A stretch of 64,000 nucleotides of DNA, taken from the NCBI GenBank assembly GCA_964466295.1, contig CAYXRC010000001.1, positions 146,640 through 210,639 of the forward strand. Reading direction: 5' to 3'. Within the stretch, counting starts at the first letter, position 1. The number at the start of each line of letters is the position of its first letter. The translations under genes were made by a program, and so were the position numbers. Below are positions 39,486 to 49,489 of this stretch, in pieces. The notes beneath the pieces are model-generated. The model was not told the origin of the DNA and did not search any database. It saw only the letters and a list, made by a program, of their open reading frames with translations. The DNA comes from an uncultured Ruminococcus sp. GTDB taxonomy: Bacteria > Bacillota > Clostridia > CAKSNL01 > HGM11501.

Positions 39486-41243
39486 ATGATAAATAAATTA
39501 ACCGATGAACAAGTTAAATTTCTACAGGCTGAAGGGAAAGTTGTAGTAAAAGCATGTCCTGGAAGTGGAAAAACTTTCTCTGTTGCGAATAAACTATTAT
39601 CTTATCTTCAAGATTGGCATAGTCCTCATCAAGGTATAGCCGTTCTTTCGTTTACCAATGTTGCTAGTGATGAAATTTTTAGAAAAGCAAATTCTATAAA
39701 TGGTAGCATCGCTGGGGTGGTTTATCCTCATTTTGTAGGAACTGTAGACAGTTTTATAAATGAATATATCGTTTTAAGATATGGTCATTTATATACTGCA
39801 AATAAGAACAGACCACAAATAGCATTAAAAGATATATGGAAATTTCCTTATAAGTACTGGCGAACCGAATGCCATAGAAACGGGTGCGTAGAGAATATTG
39901 AAAAATTTCATTATAGCATTGACGGAAAACTTTATAAAGAAAAAAATACTGTTGATTGTGAATTAGGTAGAGCGACAGCATTACCATGCGCTCAATACAA
40001 AAGAATTTTAGCAAAAAAAGACATCGTTTTCCAAAATGAAACAGCAACTTTTGCATATAAACTTATGAAAAAATTTCCGATAATTGTAAATGCTATTACA
40101 GAAAGATTTCCAATTATAATTATTGATGAGGTGCAAGATACATCTGTTGAGCAAATGGCTGTATTTGATTTGTTGAGCGCAAATGGTATAAAATCAATTT
40201 TTTTGGTAGGCGATCCCGATCAGGCAATATATGAATGGCGAAATGCAAATCCACAATGCTTTATTGATAAACTTAATAATGATAAATGGGATCATATTGA
40301 ATTAACTGGAAATTTCAGAAGCTCTCAAAACATTTGTAATGCTACATCATTATTTTCTGAAAGTTTAAGTGGGCATAAAAGTAATACAGCAATTGGGAAT
40401 TTTAAAGATGAGCCTGAAAAACCAATACTATTATTATATAATAATAAATGTACTGAAGAACAAGTAATTTCTTATTTTTTAGAAAAATGCAAGGCTATGA
40501 AAATCGAGATTTGTCCTGAAAATGTTGCTGTGTTAACGAGAGGTAGAATACATGGAGAAACTGACATATCAAATCTTTGGAAGAGTAATGAACTTGAAAG
40601 TTATGCACTATCAGCATATGAATGGAAAAAGGGCTCAAGAAAAGAGGCATATAAAGAAGCGTATCATGCCTCTTATTCAATGATATATAACGAACAAGCG
40701 GAACCTATAGATATGGAAAATAAGATACAGAGAGATATAGGAAAAGAAGTGTGGGAAAACTTTATAATAGATATTTTATCTGAATTCCCAGATGTTGAAT
40801 TAGGTATTGCAGAATGGGTAACACAATTTACAATAAAATATAAGGAAATATTAAAAGTCTTTGGATTGGAGATTTCAAAGCAGAAAAACATAGAGAATTG
40901 TTTTAAAATAAAAACTAGAGACACTAAAAATCCTACATTTAGAGAGATTCCGCTAAGAAAGTTTTTTGAAAAAAGAGTTGAAAGTTGCTATACAAGGTCA
41001 TCTATCCACGGAATAAAAGGAGAAACATATGACGCAACTTTATTGTATATCAAATCTCGCACAGGAAATACCATTACACCGAAGTTTTTAACTGAGGGTG
41101 CACTTTCTGATGAACAAATGCGTATTGCATATGTTGCAATGACACGTCCAAGGAGATTGCTCATGGTTGCGATGCCAGAAATTAAAGGCATAGACGAATA
41201 TCCACGGTTTCCGACGTCTTATTGGAATTATATTAGGTTATAG
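39486..41243 (+). CDS. gajB: Gabija GajB-like UvrD/PcrA-family helicase
   Basis: VVVKACPGSGKTFSV (Walker A), IIIDEVQDTS (motif II), LVGDPDQAIYEWRNA (motif III). It starts 1 nt after gajA. Confidence 0.65.
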   Translation: MINKLTDEQVKFLQAEGKVVVKACPGSGKTFSVANKLLSYLQDWHSPHQGIAVLSFTNVASDEIFRKANSINGSIAGVVYPHFVGTVDSFINEYIVLRYGHLYTANKNRPQIALKDIWKFPYKYWRTECHRNGCVENIEKFHYSIDGKLYKEKNTVDCELGRATALPCAQYKRILAKKDIVFQNETATFAYKLMKKFPIIVNAITERFPIIIIDEVQDTSVEQMAVFDLLSANGIKSIFLVGDPDQAIYEWRNANPQCFIDKLNNDKWDHIELTGNFRSSQNICNATSLFSESLSGHKSNTAIGNFKDEPEKPILLLYNNKCTEEQVISYFLEKCKAMKIEICPENVAVLTRGRIHGETDISNLWKSNELESYALSAYEWKKGSRKEAYKEAYHASYSMIYNEQAEPIDMENKIQRDIGKEVWENFIIDILSEFPDVELGIAEWVTQFTIKYKEILKVFGLEISKQKNIENCFKIKTRDTKNPTFREIPLRKFFEKRVESCYTRSSIHGIKGETYDATLLYIKSRTGNTITPKFLTEGALSDEQMRIAYVAMTRPRRLLMVAMPEIKGIDEYPRFPTSYWNYIRL

Positions 41244-41334
41244 AATCATAGTTTTATTTAAGAGCAATGGTTTTATATAATTTTTGTTTAAATATATGTT
41301 TATTGTAATGAATGAAGTAATAGGAGGAATAACC

Positions 41335-41685
41335 ATGATAAAATTTATTTGTTACCCCAAATGTACAACTTGTCAAAAAGCGAAGAGATGGCTTAATGAC
41401 AACAAAATTGAATATAATTTTCGTGATATAAAAGAAAATAATCCGAGTATTGAAGAATTAACAGCTTGGTACAAAATGAGTGGTTTGCCATTAAAGAAAT
41501 TCTTTAACACATCGGGACTTTTATACAAGTCGATGGAACTCAAAACAAAGATTCCAACAATGTCGGAAGACGAACAGTTAGAGCTTCTTGCAACAGATGG
41601 CATGCTTGTGAAACGACCTCTTATGATTGGTGATGGTTTTGTCTTAGTAGGATTTAAGGAAAGTGAATGGAGCGAGAAATTATAA
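41335..41685 (+). CDS. ArsC/Spx/YffB-family thioredoxin-fold protein
   Basis: MIKFICYPKCTTCQKAKRWL has a CxxC near the N-terminus. About 116 aa. RBS aggagga. Confidence 0.65.
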   Translation: MIKFICYPKCTTCQKAKRWLNDNKIEYNFRDIKENNPSIEELTAWYKMSGLPLKKFFNTSGLLYKSMELKTKIPTMSEDEQLELLATDGMLVKRPLMIGDGFVLVGFKESEWSEKL

Positions 41686-41700
41686 TTTAGAGGTGATTCT

Positions 41701-42723
41701 ATGCCATTACAAATCATAAGACAAGATATAACCAAAATGAAGGTCGATGCCATTGTTAACACAACCAACGAAGAAATGATTGGTTATAGTGGTGTTGATC
41801 TTGCTGTGCATGAAGGTGCAGGGGCGGAACTAGACAAAGAATGTGCTAAAATCGCACCTCTTGGACTTGGAACGGCAAAAATAACAAGTGGATATAATCT
41901 TGATGCGAAATATATTATACATACGTCAGGGCCTATTTGGCGTGGCGGATTAGTTGGTGAAAGCATAATTCTGAAATCTTGTTATTTAGAATCTTTGAAA
42001 CTCGCTGTTGAATATGGTTGTGCTTCGGTCGCTTTTCCTCTTATTTCGTCGGGCGTATATGGTTATCCCAAAGACCAGGTGCTTAAATTTGCTGTTCAGG
42101 TTATAACAGAATTCTTGTTTGAACATGAATTGATGGTTTATCTGTGCGTTTTTGACAGAACATCTTATGAATTCAGTCAAAAACTTTTTGCGGAAATAAA
42201 TGAATTTATTAATGATGAATATGTTGATAGCGACTGTGATGGAAGTATCGACGAAATTCAGACGATAAAAAATTTCTGTGTAATTGAAGACTGCATGGAA
42301 GCACCAAAGAAGTCTGCTCCAATTCCATCAGCCTATGGAAGTGCAAAAAATAAATCTTTGCATGAGTATATGAAATCAATGGACAAGTCTTTTGCTTATA
42401 AACTTTTTGACTTAATTGATGAGCGTGGTATGACAGATGTTGAATGTTATAAAAAGGCGAATGTTGACAAAAAGACTTTTTCAAAGATTAAGTGTAATCC
42501 TGATACATACAGACCGTCAAAGCAGACTGCAGTTGCGTTCGCAATAGCGTTGAAATTAAATCTTGACGAAACACAAGAACTCCTTGCATCTGCCGGATTA
42601 ACGTTATCAAGAAGCTTTACATTTGATAAAATCATCAGATACTTTATTCAAAAAGAGATTTATGATATTTTCGAAATAAACGAGGCACTTTTTGAATTTG
42701 ACCAAGTGCTTTTGGGCTGTTAA
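41701..42723 (+). CDS. macro-domain (ADP-ribose binding/hydrolase) protein fused to a C-terminal XRE-type HTH
   Basis: The N-terminal KVDAIVNTTNEEMIGYSGVDLAVHEGAG...HTSGPIW is a macro-domain signature. The C-terminal ...MTDVECYKKANVDKKTFSKIKC...TAVAFAIALKLNLDETQEL is HTH_3-like. Confidence 0.7.
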   Translation: MPLQIIRQDITKMKVDAIVNTTNEEMIGYSGVDLAVHEGAGAELDKECAKIAPLGLGTAKITSGYNLDAKYIIHTSGPIWRGGLVGESIILKSCYLESLKLAVEYGCASVAFPLISSGVYGYPKDQVLKFAVQVITEFLFEHELMVYLCVFDRTSYEFSQKLFAEINEFINDEYVDSDCDGSIDEIQTIKNFCVIEDCMEAPKKSAPIPSAYGSAKNKSLHEYMKSMDKSFAYKLFDLIDERGMTDVECYKKANVDKKTFSKIKCNPDTYRPSKQTAVAFAIALKLNLDETQELLASAGLTLSRSFTFDKIIRYFIQKEIYDIFEINEALFEFDQVLLGC

Positions 42724-42830
42724 TTTAAAAGTCCCCCGTCAAGCGACCAATTGAATATCAAAACAAAGTATAATGTGATTGTAAGGTTGAAAAACCTACG
42801 CAATCACATTATTTTTTGGAGGTATTTAAG

Positions 42831-43499
42831 ATGAGTGAAAAGATTAAAAACGGAATTACAGAATTGGTATTTATTTTGGACAGAAGTGGTTCAATGTCAG
42901 GGCTTGAAAGTGATACTATCGGCGGATTTAATGCAATGATTGAAAAACAGAAAAAGCAAGATGGTGAATGTTATGTATCTACCGTGTTGTTTGACAATGT
43001 ATCTGAGGTATTACACGACAGAGTCAAGCTCTCAGACATAAAACCTATGACTGACAGAGATTATACGGTCAGAGGCTGCACGGCGTTGATTGATGCTCTT
43101 GGTGGAGCAATTCATCACATTGGAAACATTCATAAGTATGCTCGCAATGAAGATGTTCCAGAACACACAGTATTTGTAATCACAACTGACGGGATGGAAA
43201 ATGCAAGTCGTAAATACAGCAGTGATAGAGTAAAAGCGATGATTGAGAGACAGAAAGAAAAATACGGATGGGAATTCTTGTTCATTGGTGCAAATATTGA
43301 TGCAGTAGAAACTGCTGCACAATATGGAATAAGCAAAGATAGAGCTGTGAATTATGTTCCCGACCCAACGGGTACGCACATCTTATATGAATCTGTGTCA
43401 GCGGTTGTTGGTAATGTTCGTGCAAATAAGTGCGTTGATAAGGATTGGAGCGAGGAACTCAACAAAGATTATATACGCAGAGTTAAGAATAGCAGATAA
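42831..43499 (+). CDS. von Willebrand factor A (vWA) domain protein
   Basis: ELVFILDRSGSMSG (MIDAS DxSxS) ... TDG. Confidence 0.7.
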   Translation: MSEKIKNGITELVFILDRSGSMSGLESDTIGGFNAMIEKQKKQDGECYVSTVLFDNVSEVLHDRVKLSDIKPMTDRDYTVRGCTALIDALGGAIHHIGNIHKYARNEDVPEHTVFVITTDGMENASRKYSSDRVKAMIERQKEKYGWEFLFIGANIDAVETAAQYGISKDRAVNYVPDPTGTHILYESVSAVVGNVRANKCVDKDWSEELNKDYIRRVKNSR

Positions 43500-43723
43500 T
43501 TGAGGATACACGAGCCATTTATTTGCCTTTTGTGGCCATCATCAGTCTTCGGAAGGTAATTTGACCTTGAATAAAATAAAATGCTATACGGCTCGCTTCA
43601 GGTGCATTTGGGACCGTTTTATAGTTGTGTATCGCTTCGCTATGTCGTAAATAAGCTAAATAACCGTATAAAACCAAAAAGGATCATGGATTAAATTGCT
43701 CCATGGTCCTTTGTTTAAGAGTG

Positions 43724-44761
43724 CTATTTTTCTATTAAATCATATCCGTTCATAATGAACTTTGTAATTTCGTTTGTTTTTACACGCATACCGACAGATT
43801 TAATTACATTCTTAATTAAATCTTCCGAAAGAGTAGGAATGTATTTTTTAAGACTTTCATCATTCTCCATCAATTCATTAAAGAGTTTTATGAGCAAGTC
43901 ATTTTTGCGTGTTATATTTTTCGGATAACCTCTTGATATAAGTGCCATATTGTTATCGAAATTCGGTGCTAAACCTAAAATTTCACCGGTATCGGCATCT
44001 CTTAAAACACCGAAGTTGAAGGTGTGTCTGTCAGGGTTTGCACAGATTGTATCTAAGAACAACATCTTTACATAGTCGCCAGCTGCATCCGGACAAATCA
44101 TTTTAAGCATTTCAACGGATTTGATGTAGTATTCATCATCGCCCAGGATGTTAAAAGCAGGTTCAAAATTTACAAGGGCATTATCGGTGAAATCTTTTGT
44201 TTTAATAACACCGTTGCCACGTTCATATTCTGCCATTTTGAAACCAAGTTCAACACCAAGTCTGTATATAAACAATTCAGAAAACATTTCATCATGGTTA
44301 GCCTTTTTATATAGCCACCACTGACCTTTTTTCAGTTTCCAACATTTTTCAAAACTACCGATAGTGGTAAGTTCGGGAGTTTTTGAAATTTTGCTGTTGG
44401 CAACCCTGTTAAAGCTGTCATAGTTTCCTGTAAGAGCGAGATTTGAGCAATAGTCATTATCGAATCTGACATCTGCATAAGTTAAATCTGCATTTATGGG
44501 TTTTATCCAATAATTGTCCGTAATTGTTGAGGCGTTGACCGACAATACGGTTGAAATATCATCTTTTGCTGTCATGCGAAGTGCCTTTTTGAGTAGCCGT
44601 GAGTTTGGTCTTTTACTATCTATTGCTCTGTTTTTTATCCACTTGAAAACATCATGCGAATATCGGAAATACAATGGCAATAAATCTTCGTTTATAATTT
44701 CAAGATTGTTGTCCTGCCACTTTACAACTGCAACATCTTTTGACATTATATAAAAATTCAT
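43724..44761 (-). CDS. divergent HipA-like / PI-kinase-fold kinase domain protein
   Basis: ICANPDRHTFNFGVL (catalytic-loop-like D.H..N) and LGLAPNFD (HipA LxPxYD-like). Confidence 0.35.
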   Translation of the reverse strand: MNFYIMSKDVAVVKWQDNNLEIINEDLLPLYFRYSHDVFKWIKNRAIDSKRPNSRLLKKALRMTAKDDISTVLSVNASTITDNYWIKPINADLTYADVRFDNDYCSNLALTGNYDSFNRVANSKISKTPELTTIGSFEKCWKLKKGQWWLYKKANHDEMFSELFIYRLGVELGFKMAEYERGNGVIKTKDFTDNALVNFEPAFNILGDDEYYIKSVEMLKMICPDAAGDYVKMLFLDTICANPDRHTFNFGVLRDADTGEILGLAPNFDNNMALISRGYPKNITRKNDLLIKLFNELMENDESLKKYIPTLSEDLIKNVIKSVGMRVKTNEITKFIMNGYDLIEK

Positions 44762-44925
44762 AGCAGTTCACCACCTTGTGTATGAGTTTGGATTTATTAT
44801 ATCGCATTTCTTTTGATATTTCAACGATTCTGAAAAAATATAATGAAATTTTCGTAAATAATGTTTATTATAATTGACAAAATCAAAATTTTAGTATATA
44901 ATAATAAACATTAGGAGGCGTTTTC

Positions 44926-45246
44926 ATGGCTAAAAAGACCGTTGATATATTACCTGCTACGCAGGACATACTAAGTAGCATGGGTGAGCAGATAAAACTT
45001 GCAAGACTCAGAAGAAATCTTTCTGTGGACCTTGTGGCTGAAAGAGCAGATATAAGTCGTGCAACCTTATGGAAAGTGGAAAAAGGCGATAAAACCGTTG
45101 CTATTGGAATATATGCCGCAGTGCTTCATGCATTGAATGGTATGGATAAAGATTTATTGCTTGTTGCAAAAGATGACACATTAGGAAGAACCATTCAGGA
45201 TTTGAATTTGACAGTACGCAAACGTGCGCCCCGAAAGGAGGACTAA
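44926..45246 (+). CDS. hipB: HipB-like XRE-family antitoxin
   Basis: HTH_3 (LARLRRNLSVDLVAERADISRATLWKVEKG). Its stop lies 1 nt before the hipA start. Confidence 0.6.
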   Translation: MAKKTVDILPATQDILSSMGEQIKLARLRRNLSVDLVAERADISRATLWKVEKGDKTVAIGIYAAVLHALNGMDKDLLLVAKDDTLGRTIQDLNLTVRKRAPRKED

Positions 45247-45247
45247 T

Positions 45248-46504
45248 ATGGCACTCAATCAAAAAACAATTTATGTTTATGAAAGCTTTAATTCGGATGA
45301 ATCAAATTTGATGGGCAGATTGTATGTCGGCGAAGGAAAAGGTTCTGATAACTTTTCTTTCGAGTTTGATGAAGCGTGGCTTGTTCAACACGATAGAAGT
45401 CACATAATAGACCCTGAGTTGCAGTTATATCCTGGCAGACAATACCCTGTGAATAAAAGTATTTTTGGAATATTTGCAGATTCATCCCCTGACCGTTGGG
45501 GACGTGTTTTGATGCAACGCCGTGAGAGAATTCATGCAGATAAAGAAGGTCGAAAACCAAGAAAATTAACTGATGGAGATTATCTGCTTGGTGTATATGA
45601 TGAGACACGAATGGGTGCAATCCGCTTTAAGGAAGACGAGAACGGACCGTTCTTGTCTGATGATAAAGAAACCGCAGCTCCCCCTTGGGCAACACTCAGA
45701 ACACTTGAAGAAGCATCAAGAAATTTTGAAAATGAAGAAAATCTGCTTAATGAAAAATGGTTGAATCAATTGTTGAAGCCAGGTTCTTCGCTTGGTGGTG
45801 CAAGACCAAAAGCAACAATTCAAGACACTAATGATGAACTTTGGATTGCAAAGTTCCCATCAAAGAATGATGAGTTCAATACAGGTGCTTGGGAAAAGGT
45901 TGCTCACGATTTGGCAAAGTTATGTTCTCTTAATGTTCCTGAATCAAAACTTGAAACTTTCTCTAAATTGGGTAGCACATTTATAGTAAAACGCTTTGAT
46001 CGTAATGGAGATAAACGAATACATTTTGCATCTGCTATGACGATGCTCGGCAAAACAGACGGTGCTTCATCGTCGGACGGTTCAAGCTATCTTGATATTG
46101 CCGGATTTATCAAAGCAAGCTGTGTATCACCTAAGAAAAGTTTAAAGGAACTTTGGATGCGTATTGTGTTCAGTATGGCTATTTCTAACACTGATGACCA
46201 TTTGAGAAACCACGGATTTATTTTAACAAAAAGTGGTTGGGAGCTTTCACCTTTATACGATGTTAACCCGACACCATACGGTGATGAATTGGCATTGAAT
46301 GTAAATACCGAGGATAATTCTATTTCAATTGACCTTGCAATAGAATCGGCACATCATTTTGGGCTGTCAGTTGATGAAGCGGCTGAACTTGCAAACAACA
46401 TAACAACAACAGTCAGAGACAATTGGGAAAAACTTGCAACAAAGTATGGTCTCAGCCGTGGTGCTATTGAATATATGAGACCTGCATTTAGTGCGTGTTA
46501 TTGA
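45248..46504 (+). CDS. hipA: HipA-family Ser/Thr kinase toxin
   Basis: GSSLGGARPKATI (P-loop-like), ISNTDDHLRNHGFIL (catalytic loop), LSPLYDVNP. RBS aaaggagg. Confidence 0.85.
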   Translation: MALNQKTIYVYESFNSDESNLMGRLYVGEGKGSDNFSFEFDEAWLVQHDRSHIIDPELQLYPGRQYPVNKSIFGIFADSSPDRWGRVLMQRRERIHADKEGRKPRKLTDGDYLLGVYDETRMGAIRFKEDENGPFLSDDKETAAPPWATLRTLEEASRNFENEENLLNEKWLNQLLKPGSSLGGARPKATIQDTNDELWIAKFPSKNDEFNTGAWEKVAHDLAKLCSLNVPESKLETFSKLGSTFIVKRFDRNGDKRIHFASAMTMLGKTDGASSSDGSSYLDIAGFIKASCVSPKKSLKELWMRIVFSMAISNTDDHLRNHGFILTKSGWELSPLYDVNPTPYGDELALNVNTEDNSISIDLAIESAHHFGLSVDEAAELANNITTTVRDNWEKLATKYGLSRGAIEYMRPAFSACY

Positions 46505-46523
46505 TTTTTAGGAGGTAGTTATT

Positions 46524-47096
46524 ATGCGAAAAAACTTTGGAGCGAAAGCGATTTTATATCCGATGCCGGTGTTGATTATCGGCACATATGACGAGGATGG
46601 GAAACCTAATGCGATGAATGCCGCTTGGGGTGGGATAAGTGAGGAAACACAGATTTCTATTTGTGTAGATGACGGACACAAGACTGCAAAGAATATGGTT
46701 AAAACAGGTGCATTCACAGTAAGCATAGCAGATGCGGAAAATGTTGTTGCCTGTGATTATGTGGGCATTGCTTCAGGGAATAAAGAGCCTGATAAAATAG
46801 AAAAAGCAGGTTGGCATGCTACAAAGAGTGAATTTGTAGATGCTCCCCTCTTTGATGAACTGCCTATGGCACTTGAATGTAAACTAATCAGCTATGACGA
46901 AGAAACTTGCAGACTTGTGGGCGAAATCGTAAATGTATGTGCTGATGAAAGAATTCTTGATGACAATGGTAAAATTGATTTGAATAAATTCAGTCCTATT
47001 ACCTACGATCCGGTACATCATACTTATCGTAAACTTGGTGATATTGTTGGTAAGGCATTTAGTGATGGGAAATTGCTTAAGAAATGTGTAAATTAA
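46524..47096 (+). CDS. flavin reductase-like (FMN-binding split-barrel) protein
   Basis: ILYPMPVLIIGTYDEDGKPNAMNAAWGG is typical of the Flavin_Reduct family. Confidence 0.7.
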   Translation: MRKNFGAKAILYPMPVLIIGTYDEDGKPNAMNAAWGGISEETQISICVDDGHKTAKNMVKTGAFTVSIADAENVVACDYVGIASGNKEPDKIEKAGWHATKSEFVDAPLFDELPMALECKLISYDEETCRLVGEIVNVCADERILDDNGKIDLNKFSPITYDPVHHTYRKLGDIVGKAFSDGKLLKKCVN

Positions 47097-47240
47097 CATA
47101 AAATTCGAGAATAATGATGAACATATAGTGTTTTAAAGTAAATAACATTCTTATATCCGAATATATATTTATTAAAATGGTAAAAACTATAAAAAATATA
47201 TTCGGGAGATGATACAATGTTTTATATTGGAGGTACAAAT

Positions 47241-48551
47241 ATGAAATTAACAAAAATTTCTGTAGACAATCTACATAACGTATTTGATTATACGGTAAAT
47301 TTTAATGAAGATATTACCTTTGTTTATGGTGAAAATGGTTGTGGAAAAACAACTTTATTAAATATTATTACATCAATAATATCGGGCGAAATATATCATT
47401 TATTTGAACTTGAATTCAAATCAATAGTTTTAGAATTCGTAGAGGAATTACAAGTTGATAAAATTATAATAAAGTATATTGATAATGTTATTCATATCAA
47501 CTTTGAAGAAGAAGAATATATATTAGAACGTATTTCGATAGATGAATCAAGAAGAGAAAGAATATTTGATTATTATTGTGATAAATATGAATTTCTTCGC
47601 AATATACAAAAAAGATTTGTGTCTGTGTATTTACCACTAAATAGAAAGAATAGTACCAATGAATTGAATTATAGGTATGATCGTTTTTACCGTAGAAGTT
47701 ATATTGAGGATAATAGTTTTTTTGTTGACAATCAGTATGATCGTTTTTTGGACGACGTGTTAGAAATTATCAGAAATAAGTATACTGAAATATCGGGAAG
47801 AATAAATAGAATTGATGAAAACTTCAAGACTAAAGTTATTAATTCTGTATTCAAACTGACAAAAAATAACGATGAAGATAAAGATGAAATCCTAAAATGG
47901 ATAACTAATCCCAAATATATAAGTAGTTTGGATAAAATAAAAGAAGATTATCTTTATGCGTGTGATAATTATTCTAATATTGGTTTAGATGATAAGTCAA
48001 AAATTGACACTTTTTTTGATTCGTTTAAAGAAGATTTGGAGAAATTTTCTAATAGTGAAGGCGAAAATCGTTCAATGTCATTAGATTTGGTTTTTAAATT
48101 TAAAGACCTATCTAAAATCAACAAAATTATAGAATTTGTTCAAGAACGAGAAGAGAATATTTCTAAAACAAAAGAACCGATAAATAAGTATCTTAACATA
48201 GTAAATAGTTTTATCAGTACGAAAGAAAATGGTAAAAAGATAAAAATTAATCCACGTGGTGAAATTTATCTTGAACAAAAAAAGAAGTCAATCAATGTTA
48301 AGAATTTGTCATCGGGTGAAAAGCAAATTATAACATTTTTCGCTTACATTATATTTTCACTATACGGAAAATCAGGTATTTTCGTTGCTGATGAACCTGA
48401 ATTATCATTGCATTTGAATTGGCAAAGAAAATTTGTTGAATCAATCACAACTGCGAACCCTAATTTGCAGATAATATTTGCAACTCATGCACCTGAAATA
48501 ATTGGCAGGTTTAGAAATAAGGCAGTAAAGTTAGAACCAAATGCAAGATAG
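47241..48551 (+). CDS. PARIS AriA-like ABC-type ATPase (AAA_15/AAA_21)
   Basis: Walker A FVYGENGCGKTTLLN near the N-terminus. C-terminal signature/Walker B LSSGEKQ...IFVADEPELSLH and H-loop FATHAPE. Confidence 0.5.
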   Translation: MKLTKISVDNLHNVFDYTVNFNEDITFVYGENGCGKTTLLNIITSIISGEIYHLFELEFKSIVLEFVEELQVDKIIIKYIDNVIHINFEEEEYILERISIDESRRERIFDYYCDKYEFLRNIQKRFVSVYLPLNRKNSTNELNYRYDRFYRRSYIEDNSFFVDNQYDRFLDDVLEIIRNKYTEISGRINRIDENFKTKVINSVFKLTKNNDEDKDEILKWITNPKYISSLDKIKEDYLYACDNYSNIGLDDKSKIDTFFDSFKEDLEKFSNSEGENRSMSLDLVFKFKDLSKINKIIEFVQEREENISKTKEPINKYLNIVNSFISTKENGKKIKINPRGEIYLEQKKKSINVKNLSSGEKQIITFFAYIIFSLYGKSGIFVADEPELSLHLNWQRKFVESITTANPNLQIIFATHAPEIIGRFRNKAVKLEPNAR

Positions 48552-48563
48552 GAGCAAATAACG

Positions 48564-49433
48564 ATGACCATAGTACAAGATGAAATACCCGCATTTGGCG
48601 GTGATGGAAATTTAGCAAAAAGTTTGCTTTGTAGTTCATCAAATGGAGTAAATTTCTTTGTTGAAGATACAAATAGAGAATTTGAATATGAAATCATATT
48701 TGAAAGACTTTTAGGGAAAGACATAAAAATAAATAGCGTTGTAGCTTGTGATGGTAAAGAAGGTGTTAAAAATAGTATAGCAGAATTTAGTACAGAAGAA
48801 TACCAAACAACAAACGGAATATGCATTTTTGTTGTAGATGGAGATTTTGACAATTTTTTTGAAACAAAACAGTCCTTAGACAATTTATTATATTTAAAAT
48901 ACTACAATATTGAATGTTACTTTATTGAGGAAGAATCCACAAAATATTATTTAAGAAAAAAACTTAAAAAAACTATGTCTGAAATTGATCCAATGATTGA
49001 TTTTGATAAATGGTATAATAATTTTGTGATAGATTTTAAAAAACTTTTTGCATTATATCTATTAGTAAAAGAAAATGCTCCTGATATCCCTAATGTGGGT
49101 ACGGGACCACATCGGTATTTAAATTCGGACGGACGTATTATAACTACTGAATACAATATGTATTACAACACCGTTAAGCATTTAGATACTGGAAATTCCT
49201 TAAATAATATGATTACTAGGATTGATGATTTTTGTAATAGTGATTATAAGAAAGTCATATGTGGCAAATACATGCTAGAAAGCTTACGAAGATACTTGGT
49301 TACAAAAACTAATGTGCAAATTGGCTATGATAAATTTAGAGAATGTTTGTTGGAAGTTTTTGATATTCAAAAGCTGAATTACATAAAAGAAGAGATATTT
49401 CACTATAGGAATAAGTTCTACTCGATAACTTGA
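48564..49433 (+). CDS. PARIS AriB-like DUF4435 / TOPRIM-OLD nuclease
   Basis: FFVEDTNREFEYEI (Toprim Glu) and FVVDGDFD (DxD). 289 aa. It lies 12 bp after the ATPase gene. Confidence 0.45.
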   Translation: MTIVQDEIPAFGGDGNLAKSLLCSSSNGVNFFVEDTNREFEYEIIFERLLGKDIKINSVVACDGKEGVKNSIAEFSTEEYQTTNGICIFVVDGDFDNFFETKQSLDNLLYLKYYNIECYFIEEESTKYYLRKKLKKTMSEIDPMIDFDKWYNNFVIDFKKLFALYLLVKENAPDIPNVGTGPHRYLNSDGRIITTEYNMYYNTVKHLDTGNSLNNMITRIDDFCNSDYKKVICGKYMLESLRRYLVTKTNVQIGYDKFRECLLEVFDIQKLNYIKEEIFHYRNKFYSIT

Positions 49434-49489
49434 TAGATGTACCACAAAAAGCACAGACCAAAACAGTCTGTGCTTTAACTTTGCCCATT

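Noticed and set aside
49447-49476. Hairpin aagcacagac-caaaacag-tctgtgcttt between the PARIS-like nuclease and the spoIVA N-fragment stop, considered as a possible att element
   Set aside because: It is more simply a bidirectional Rho-independent terminator. The actual homology breakpoint and repeat lie ~50 bp further right, at 49527-49536.
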